DNA of 20,000 bases from Catajapyx aquilonaris (Eukaryota): the NCBI GenBank assembly GCA_000934665.2, contig JYFJ02001450.1, forward strand, positions 59,734 through 79,733. The letters run 5' to 3'. Each line of letters starts with the position of its first letter. Position 1 is the stretch's first letter. Position numbers and translations under genes: made by a program. A model generated the notes under the pieces. The model was not told where the DNA came from. It saw only the letters and a program-made list of their open reading frames with translations, and made no database searches. Below, piece by piece: positions 14,101 through 20,000 of the stretch.

Positions 14101-16356
14101 CGCCGTTCTCGTTTGCCACTAGACAAAGCGACAACTCCTTGACCTTGACAGACACCAACGGGTTCGTCCTGTACGTCCTAGGTCAAAGGGCAGTCACAGA
14201 CGCCACAGCCAACGACGCCCGTTGGCACCACTTTTGCGCCACTTGGACGTCCATCGGAGGTCAGTGGACCCTGCACCGAGATGGACAGGAGCTGTCGTCT
14301 GGTCATGGACTGGCCTCAGGAGCGGTCATACCCAAGGAGGGTACGGCCACTCTGGGCCAGGATCAGGACAGACCCGGAGGAGGATTTTCAGCTGTGGAGG
14401 CCCTTGTTGGAGGACTGTCCCATGCGGACTTGTGGGACAGGGTGTTGGACTCTGAGGAAGTGTCCAACTTGTCCCAAAGCTGCCAGCCGCCCTTGGGCAA
14501 CGTGTTGGCTTGGACTGACTTCGCAGATGGACTGCGTGGGAGGGTCAGCATGGACACTGACCCACTGTGCAGTGGATGTCCGGTTCTGGTGCCTCCGGTG
14601 CAAGGTGCGGTAGAGGTGATGGATGATGGGACGTCCAGAGTGGACTGCAACAAGGGGTTTTTGTTGGAGGGGTCTCCGCTGCGAAAGTGTCTTCCAAGTG
14701 GTCATTGGGATGGAGCAGAACCCACTTGTCATCGTAAGTTTTTAGTTCAATATAGCCTACTGTAGGCCTACAATCTAAGCTCTAACAATATAAGTAAGTG
14801 AATATGAATGGATACCAATTACTAATATTTCAGGTGTAAAGTGCCCACCAATGCTCATTACCAATGGGTATGTTGCTGGGGGTGGTTACTACGGGGACAT
14901 ACGGTCATTGCAGTGCAAAGCTGGGTACATGTTGTCTGGACCGAAGCAGTCAGAGTGCCAGTCGGATGGGACCTGGAGTAACATGGAGGAATCTTACTGT
15001 CACGATGGTATGCGCTGTCATGAAATTTTATAGCATGAGCATGACACATTTTGTTAATTTTCAGGGTCAATGTGCAACCCTCCTCTGCCACCTGAGAATG
15101 GCACCACAGTGATCAATGGTCCAATTGCTCAGTTTTCATGCTTACCTGGTTTCCACCTGCAAGGAACTCGCACCCTAACCTGTTTGGAAGATGGTACCTG
15201 GAGTGGCCAATCCCCCCAATGCCTCATACATTGTCCACCTGTACAGGTAAAAAAAATTATCAGTGCATTTAAAAGTTATTGTTCGTCATGCTCCACACTT
15301 GAATTAATGACATCCTTATGCCATTTACAGCCTCCATCAAATGGAACACTTGTCCTTGACAATGAAAATCTCACTCTGGATGGGTACGAAGCAAGTGGAG
15401 CATCTGTTGGTTCTAAGGTGACATTCAGTTGCCATGAGGGCGCCGTATTGGATGGTCCAAATGAGCTGGAGTGTGGGTCTGATGGTTCCTGGTCAGCAGA
15501 ACCACCAATCTGCATCCCAGAATGTCCATACCCATCAGCACCCACAAATGGCTGGGTTCGGGTGGCAGGAAGGCGACCTGGTGATGTCGCGTCATACGGG
15601 TGCAAAGATGGGCATGTGTTGAACGGAAGCTCTGAAAGTGTCTGCTCCAATTTAGGGACATGGAGTGCACCACCTTCCTGTCGGGTCAAGTCCTGTGATA
15701 AGCCTGTTACCAAAGGAGGAGCATCCATAGCTGGATTTGGGTACAATGTTGGACGTCGAATGTTGGTCACCTGCCCTCCAGGTCACCGTCCAATTGGAGG
15801 TGACATTTTGGTCTGTACAGACTCTCTCACTTGGGAAGGCGGTGAAGCAGAGTGTGTGGCAGTCTGCACAACTCCATGCTTGAATGACGGGAAGTGTATC
15901 AGACAGGATTTATGTGCTTGCCCTGCCGGCTACACTGGAGCTCTATGTCAGCACTGTACGTAACACCACAGCATTTTCCATATGCCACGCACAGCTGGTA
16001 AATGTATTGTACCTAGCATGAATCCAGATTTCTGATTGAACATGTCACATCACACAATTTAAACATGGTGTTTAAATGAGCCTCTCTGAATTCTGCCTGT
16101 AGAGTCCTATCAGCCTTTAATAACAACTAATAAGTATGTTTGTATTCTAGCTCTGTGTGTGGTACCATGCCAAAATGGAGGAAGTTGTACAAGTCCGTTC
16201 ATGTGCACCTGTCCTGAAGGGTACACTGGGGATGCATGTCAGACACATTTGTACAGCTCAGGTACAGTATGTTCATGTGATGCCCCTGCTATGCACTCAC
16301 CTTTTCTAAAAATAGTAGCTAAATCCACCTTGTTTGTTTCCTTTACTGTTTTTTAA
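5076..16356 (+). CDS. SVEP1: SVEP1/polydom-like protein (sushi, vWA, EGF, pentraxin, HYR), spliced, ~1948 aa (~1930 aa if the alternative last exon 16531-16571 is used)
   Basis: Hand-assembled phase-compatible GT-AG exons: 5076-5147, 6396-6776, 7106-7361, 7420-7599, 7788-7946, 10021-10200, 10274-10453, 11064-11504, 11564-11800, 11870-12064, 12122-12544, 12619-12777, 12819-12980, 13039-13896, 13957-14733, 14834-15007, 15065-15246, 15331-15955, 16151-16356. Domain order is signal peptide, vWA (MIDAS DSSSS...T...TDG), Cys-rich/ephrin-rec-like, 3 sushi, 2 HYR, sushi, 3 ephrin-rec-like, 6 EGF, pentraxin, 6 sushi, 2 EGF. This is the characteristic SVEP1 architecture. Confidence 0.93.
5560..5807 (+). 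mobile_element. Short 5'-truncated non-LTR retroposon (LINE 3' end or SINE) with target-site duplication
   Basis: Exact 17-bp direct repeat AAAATACTCTTCCAGTC at 5560-5576 and 5791-5807 flanks a 214-bp GC-richer insert ending in an (AAAT)n tail. Confidence 0.8.
6396..6776 (+). CDS. SVEP1: SVEP1-like exon 2 (vWA N-half)
   Basis: tttcag acceptor; ELVFLLDSSSSVGKENF...RVAVVVFS...YTGGGTYT; GTAAAA donor. Confidence 0.9.
7106..7361 (+). CDS. SVEP1: SVEP1-like exon 3 (vWA C-half)
   Basis: catcag acceptor; AIFLVTDGYSNAGDP...VFTFGI...FEALARRALHQ; GTGGGT donor. Confidence 0.92.
7420..7599 (+). CDS. SVEP1: SVEP1-like exon 4 (Cys-rich/EGF-like)
   Basis: ttgcag acceptor; CCDESASCVCGVHSGVYSCACPPGHFGSG; GTAAGT donor. 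Confidence 0.9.
7788..7946 (+). CDS. SVEP1: SVEP1-like exon 5 (ephrin-receptor-like Cys repeat)
   Basis: ttccag acceptor; CPPGTFRDEVGPADESSCKSCPDPHQMSASGSTTPTDCYCSQGY; GTTAGA donor; this frame is not in the ORF track. Confidence 0.9.
8039..8701 (-). CDS. CIMIP1: C20orf85/CIMIP1 (LLC1)-like ciliary microtubule inner protein, 146 aa, nested antisense in SVEP1 intron 5
   Basis: Exon 1 is 8701-8556 (MAGAKITDFELDKYNQVGQDQIWRDLIAHEAKTARYWRSSWGFVQEHY, GTAAGT donor, phase 2). Exon 2 is 8333-8039 (ctgtcag acceptor; KDLFKSLEEK...PPCPPTTYAEYG...FEWPLEGCP*). The motifs NxVGQDxIW, WxxxWGF, PPxPxTT and C-terminal WPxxG match C20orf85 as I recall it. AATAAA on the - strand at 7971-7966. Confidence 0.82.
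8761..8773 (-). promoter_or_regulatory. RFX X-box-like motif upstream of the nested ciliary gene
   Basis: GTTACCAAGAGAC on the - strand (GTCTCTTGGTAAC on +), 60 nt upstream of the ATG at 8701; it has one perfect GGTAAC half-site. Confidence 0.55.
10021..10200 (+). CDS. SVEP1: SVEP1-like exon 6 (sushi)
   Basis: tttcag acceptor; VQCPPLPPIPNGYFVHGEC...CTIRCRTGFRLSGSDVLVCSSDGTWTGNIPRC; GTAGGT donor. Confidence 0.92.
   Translation, partial: PSNVPLFLRFRTATSSTANACPNFRPSAPSAAVPGSGCQEATSWCAPPTARGLATSHAA
10274..10453 (+). CDS. SVEP1: SVEP1-like exon 7 (sushi)
   Basis: ttccag acceptor; VDCPPLRAPRNG...CRFTCDQGYALVG...CLPGGTWDG; GTGAGT donor. Confidence 0.92.
11064..11504 (+). CDS. SVEP1: SVEP1-like exon 8 (sushi + HYR)
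   Basis: ttccag acceptor; CDIGCLPGFKLEG...CVDHVPPEIMCP...WDIPVPVDNSG...CTFRISV; GTAACA donor. Confidence 0.92.
11564..11800 (+). CDS. SVEP1: SVEP1-like exon 9 (HYR)
   Basis: gctcag acceptor; DRQPPKAEDCISPP...WEEPTFWDNSG...GNTFKYGTTNVTYSGTDPFGNTVEC; GTATAT donor. Confidence 0.92.
11870..12064 (+). CDS. SVEP1: SVEP1-like exon 10 (sushi-like)
   Basis: ggacag acceptor; CEQMPDPLHGYSNC...CTLSCEDGYAF...LPDCS; GTGAGT donor. Confidence 0.88.
12122..12544 (+). CDS. SVEP1: SVEP1-like exon 11 (linker with RHRR furin-type site)
   Basis: tgccag acceptor; ...CGQRHRRSIG...SCPEGSTASADRRKC; GTGAGC donor. Confidence 0.85.
12619..12777 (+). CDS. SVEP1: SVEP1-like exon 12 (ephrin-rec-like)
   Basis: catcag acceptor; VKCPAGSYF...CSRCPKGSYQNLQGQLACKVCPEG; GTGAGA donor. 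Confidence 0.92.
12819..12980 (+). CDS. SVEP1: SVEP1-like exon 13 (ephrin-rec-like)
   Basis: ttgaag acceptor after a 41-nt intron; CPPGRFSRHGLEPCRAC...FQPLEGSSSCFRCP; GTACCT donor. Confidence 0.88.
13039..13896 (+). CDS. SVEP1: SVEP1-like exon 14 (Cys repeat + 6 EGF)
   Basis: ttgcag acceptor; DPCPPGSASPTGLSPCLPCPRG, then six EGF repeats (e.g. DDCFSSPCQSGGTC); GTAAGT donor. Confidence 0.93.
13957..14733 (+). CDS. SVEP1: SVEP1-like exon 15 (pentraxin/LamG + sushi)
   Basis: ttacag acceptor; FTLCMW...YGTPFSFAT...WHHFCATWTS...LGQDQD...LWDRVL; GTAAGT donor. Confidence 0.94.
14834..15007 (+). CDS. SVEP1: SVEP1-like exon 16 (sushi)
   Basis: tttcag acceptor; VKCPPMLITNG...CKAGYMLSG...CQSDGTWS; GTATGC donor. 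Confidence 0.9.
15065..15246 (+). CDS. SVEP1: SVEP1-like exon 17 (sushi)
   Basis: tttcag acceptor; CNPPLPPENG...FSCLPGFHLQG...CLEDGTWSG; CAG/GTAAAA donor. Confidence 0.88.
15331..15955 (+). CDS. SVEP1: SVEP1-like exon 18 (3 sushi + EGF)
   Basis: ttacag acceptor; three sushi repeats, then CTTPCLNDGKCIRQDLCACPAGYTG; GTACGT donor. Confidence 0.9.
16151..16356 (+). CDS. SVEP1: SVEP1-like exon 19 (terminal EGF); may end at donor 16261 and splice to 16531-16571
   Basis: ttctag acceptor; LCVVPCQNGGSCTSPFMCTCPEGYTGDACQ; the 3' end is ambiguous. Confidence 0.75.
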
Positions 16357-16867
16357 TTGGTAATATATGAATCACCCTGACTGACCATTCTTATCTGAAC
16401 TATTTGTATGAATAGGCAACACTAAGATGTCACTGGGACAGTGAGGCATTTCGCAGTCCCTACTTCTCATGTAGAAAATATTTATATGGATTCTCTCTGT
16501 ATTCAATTAGTTTTCTTCGGATTCTTACAGAGCATTTCAATTATAACACTGTGCATTTAATTAACTTATAATTAACAACCATTTTATTTTAACATGTAAT
16601 AAACATTCACAGGATATGTCGCATCATGTAGAAATTGCAACTAACTTGTAAGTCACTGCATTCCTATTTGCAAGAGAGCATTATACTATTGATCACATTA
16701 TCATGAATTTGACATATTATTTAAAAAAAATAAATGCCACGTTTCCTGTGGTACTGAAATTTTACGTCTCTTAAACCTTGATATTTATATAACTTATCAC
16801 ATTAACATTATTGTCCTTCTACTTTCAGACTGTACAGGAAAATTCTGCAACCACAGCTGAACGGCCA

Positions 16868-17224
16868 TTACTTTGGAGGTATAACTTGCGCAGTCCCTTC
16901 TACTGCCACAGGCCCGTCTTCATTCTCGACTTTGCATTGAAACCGACATGACGCAATCCGCCTGGTCAATGGTGACGTTATCTCCACCTCCAAGCACACC
17001 TGATCACCACAATAAACAGCTGATGGGAACCTTGCTTCAATTTTAGTTACTACAGTACCAGGGCCAGGTAACTTTGTCCCTACTATGCCAGCCACCAGTG
17101 ACAAGAGGTACGATCCAGGCACCACTCCTCTTTTCCCAGAGTGGATTGGATTTGAGTCGCCAGTCAGGGCAACAAATGCGGCGACGTCTTGAGAGGTGAT
17201 CAAGCGGATGAGTCGAGCCCTCAT
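16868..17224 (-). CDS. HTD2: HTD2-like hydroxyacyl-thioester dehydratase (MaoC/hotdog fold, mitochondrial FAS II), intronless, 118 aa
   Basis: ITSQDVAAFVALTGDSNPIH (hydratase-2 D-x-N-P-x-H motif), GTKLPGPG, RFPSAVYCGD and VEG near the C-terminus. ATG context is acaATGa (A at -3). Confidence 0.85.
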   Translation of the reverse strand: MRARLIRLITSQDVAAFVALTGDSNPIHSGKRGVVPGSYLLSLVAGIVGTKLPGPGTVVTKIEARFPSAVYCGDQVCLEVEITSPLTRRIASCRFQCKVENEDGPVAVEGTAQVIPPK

Positions 17225-17860
17225 TGTGGTAATGGTATGGAAGCACGTAGCGTTGACAACTGGTGCACGTCTGGGTTTATTTCATGCAGGAGGGAGGAAG
17301 CGACATTCTTCACGCGTGCGTCTGGGCTTGAAGCTAACCGCAAAATGCAGTCCAGCACTGGTACTGAGGTCAAAACTGGCTTTGACTCAGGGCAGGCAAG
17401 GTAGTACAGGGTCGTTACTGCTGTTAAGACAATGTCCTCATCAGGTGATGATAAGCAGGTGACAATTAGTGGAAGTGCCCCTTTGGTGACTACAATGTCG
17501 CGAGTCTCAGGATCTGTTGAAGGGACATGACAGAGTTAGATCCTTAAAACTGGTAAATACTTGTACAATGTAAACCGCTAATTACCTGCAACCAAGTTGC
17601 AGAGTCCGCTCAGGGCGAATCTCTTCAGTTCAGGCGATGATGGATTTCCAACCTCGTTCAAGAACAGGTCGATCACATTCAGCTGGCGCAGATACTCAAA
17701 GTTTACTGGATCATATGCAAAATTGGCCAAGTTTGCCAGGACCTGGCACCGAGCCTCTGGTGTAATGAGAGCGGAGCGATAAAAATGAATTAATCATCGT
17801 CACAGATTCATTGCGCTTGTCATAATGATTATTACATTATTGTTGTTGTTGTTGTTGCTG

Positions 17861-17938
<78 letters not shown>

Positions 17939-18069
17939 ATAATTATACAGTATCACACACCTTTTGAGTTGGTGTCCTGAAACTCTGTGACTAGCTGCTG
18001 CAGGTAGTTGTATCTGTCCGTTCCCTTTGACCCGGTCCGTCTGGCAAGGCGGTACTTGCTGGAGAACAT
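17221..18069 (-). CDS. ARMC7: Armadillo repeat-containing protein 7, 190 aa, 3 exons
   Basis: Exons are 18069-17961 ([36 protein letters not shown]), 17756-17586 ([33 protein letters not shown]...[11 protein letters not shown]) and 17513-17221 (DPETRDIV...[20 protein letters not shown]...[10 protein letters not shown]...IPLPQ*). Both introns are GT-AG, phase 1. [10 protein letters not shown] and [13 protein letters not shown] are ARMC7 hallmark motifs. Absent from the ORF track. Confidence 0.93.
17838..17946. repeat. Compound (TTG)n/(TTA)n microsatellite in ARMC7 intron 1
   Basis: Directly visible trinucleotide runs, with more than 20 TTA units. Confidence 0.95.
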
Positions 18070-18169
18070 GACCTCAGTACATGTCCATTACTCGCTGTCA
18101 CATGTACATATTTTCAAGATTCAAGACAGAGCCACTCGTGCACACACTTCACACATGTGGATACGGTAT

Positions 18170-18180
18170 CAAGATGGCGG
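18170..18180 (+). promoter_or_regulatory. YY1-like motif CAAGATGGCGG, or start codon of a divergent gene, in the ARMC7 promoter region
   Basis: Matches AANATGGCGG and lies about 100 nt upstream of the ARMC7 ATG on the opposite strand. Confidence 0.45.
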
Positions 18181-18679
18181 ACTGCGGGGCTGGAAGTAGC
18201 ACAACAGCTTGGGGTGAGAGGATCGCACTTGGCGGCGATAGCCGTTGGTGGCACACTGAATAATATTAGCTACTGAATATTTCTGTACATACTTCCTCCA
18301 TTACAATGACAACAATCCATTTAACAATTAAAAAATTCCGTCAGGGGAGAGAGAAGAGAGGGAGAAGAGAAAAGGGGAGGAAGAGGAAAGAGCAAATGTG
18401 AATCCCGTACCGCCAGACCCAGGGTACGGCCCGTACGGGTCTTCTTTTGTCAAATACGGTCAAATCCCGCCCGTCAGGCGGACTCTGTGACTTCAGAACC
18501 ACCCACAGCATCGTTCGGGCATGGTTCAAGCTGGGCCAGAACATGGCCATACCCTCTGGAGAATATAATATTTTAATTACGTGCAAATCAAAATTTCCAA
18601 CGCTACTGTGGTGTCATGATCACTATAATCTGCGTGTCAATATTCGACGGTTCAAAAATTCTCAAAGAGCTCGGAAAAG

Positions 18680-19049
18680 GCAGGTTTGGCAAAATTTTGC
18701 AAGATACACATCGACAATAATTCCACGCAGCAGGTGGCACGTACTGAGTGGGTTCCAATTGAAGTGTCCGTTTCATTTTGCAAATTTTTACGAAAATTTG
18801 TGCGAAAAATTCGCTAATAAAATGTATTTGGCTTATATAGCCTTATCAACCCAAATACGTGTAACTTACTGTATTTGCGAATATTGCAAAATGAGACGGC
18901 TCCATCAATCGGAGGTCAATTTGCAAATTTTTCGCACACATATTTCCCGAAATTTGCAAAATGAAACGCACATTTAAATTGGAACCCACTCAGCACGTGC
19001 CACCTTCTGAATGGAATTGATGTGTCTTGCAGAATTTTGCCAAATCTGC
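18680..19049. mobile_element. MITE-like element with long imperfect terminal inverted repeats
   Basis: Left arm ~18680-18815 (gcaggtttggcaaaattttgcaaga...ggtggcacgtactgagtgggttccaatt...gtttcattttgcaaattt) is the reverse complement of right arm ~18920-19049 (aaatttgcaaaatgaaac...aattggaacccactcagcacgtgccacc...tcttgcagaattttgccaaatctgc). No convincing coding capacity. Confidence 0.75.
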
Positions 19050-19883
19050 TTACAGTATACTTATTAGGCTATATGAGGATTCCACTGTACTTTGTCAATT
19101 ACATTCACCTAAGCTTGTGTGCCATTGAACACAAAAAGCTTTTCGCCTGCGGCGGGCTCTTATTTGCCCTCTCCCTCATTTACATAATTCCTTCTGCCCT
19201 TCCTTTCAACAATTTGCCAAACACCAATGAGGTTATTTTACTAGCATGTAGCCTATATCACGGAGTGGAAAACCATAAGCAGCCACAACGTCTTATGGCC
19301 ATTTTATGAACCAATCCCAGCATGAAATTAGCATTTCGGAATTTTTGTTAATTCCAAAACGCGCTCTATGTGCGCTTTGAAAACGAGCGGGCTTTTTGTG
19401 TTGTGGGGAAGGGGGGGGGGGGCACCATTAATANACAGAATAGTTCCTTCCCCAAAATTCCTATCTGGATCCGCCCCTGCCTGTGACATTGCTGGGTGAC
19501 GGCCACAATCGCCATAGGTTATTTTACGCCATGTCGGTTATAGGAGAAGGGAAATATCCGCCGAGATTGACCAGTTCGTGCCAAAAATATACAGTCCTCC
19601 TTCCGCTTGATCCCTCCTTTCCCTGTGGGTTAACCCTATTTCAGGACTATATTTCCTGTTTTCTTCCGATTCGTGTTTCCTTCGATAAGAACACGACCTC
19701 CTCCTAGTATACCTATCAGCCTAGATAGTACTGTACTACTAAACCAAAGTATATAGAAGACTACAGGTAGAGCCATAACCGATGACGGATCGGGCCGATT
19801 ATAGCGCAGCGGTATGCGACGTCATCGGGATGACAAAATTTCCCGCCAATTATGAAAGACAGGCTCTGGGCATGGGGAAACGG

Positions 19884-19922
19884 GCTTGTGCCCGCTTGTG
19901 CCCGCTTGTGCCCGCTTGTGCC
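19884..19922. repeat. 10-bp tandem repeat (GCTTGTGCCC) x ~3.9
   Basis: Directly visible. Confidence 0.9.
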
Positions 19923-20000
19923 TGCGATTAGAGACTGAAACTCAGGTGATGTGCCATTGTACGATGTATTCTGATTGAAGGGAATGTGCCCAGTACTCAC

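Noticed and set aside
10999..15770. Long - strand ORFs (10999-11448, 11857-12333, 13007-13708, 15276-15770)
   Set aside because: They are antisense shadows of GC-rich SVEP1 exons with no recognisable domains.
17514..17960. U12-type introns in ARMC7 (a minor-spliceosome gene)
   Set aside because: The donors GTGTGT and GTAATT do not match the U12 consensus RTATCCTT.
18447..18977. 176-aa + strand ORF
   Set aside because: It crosses the inverted-repeat element, starts at a non-ATG codon and shows no protein-like motif.
19761..20000. 79-aa - strand ORF at the window edge
   Set aside because: It starts with GTGAGT, which is more like a splice donor of an exon outside the window, and it includes a tandem repeat.

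Overview
This is eukaryotic (invertebrate-like animal) genomic DNA with compact GT-AG introns. (1) A complete + strand SVEP1/polydom-like gene of 19-20 exons spans about 5076-16356 (or 16571) and encodes about 1930-1950 aa: signal peptide, vWA, Cys-rich/ephrin-receptor-like repeats, sushi, 2x HYR, EGF, pentraxin, sushi, EGF. (2) Its intron 5 holds an antisense two-exon gene for a 146-aa C20orf85/CIMIP1(LLC1)-like ciliary protein, with an RFX X-box-like motif upstream and its own AATAAA. (3) On the - strand, a three-exon ARMC7 gene (190 aa) has a TGA stop that overlaps, as ATGA, the start of an intronless HTD2-like MaoC/hotdog dehydratase. This candidate bicistronic ARMC7-HTD2 unit, reminiscent of vertebrate RPP14-HTD2, is the most unusual feature. 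Also present are a 5'-truncated retroposon with a 17-bp TSD, a MITE-like long inverted repeat, microsatellites and a possible head-to-head first exon. Gene identities come from my recall of family motifs, not from database searches.
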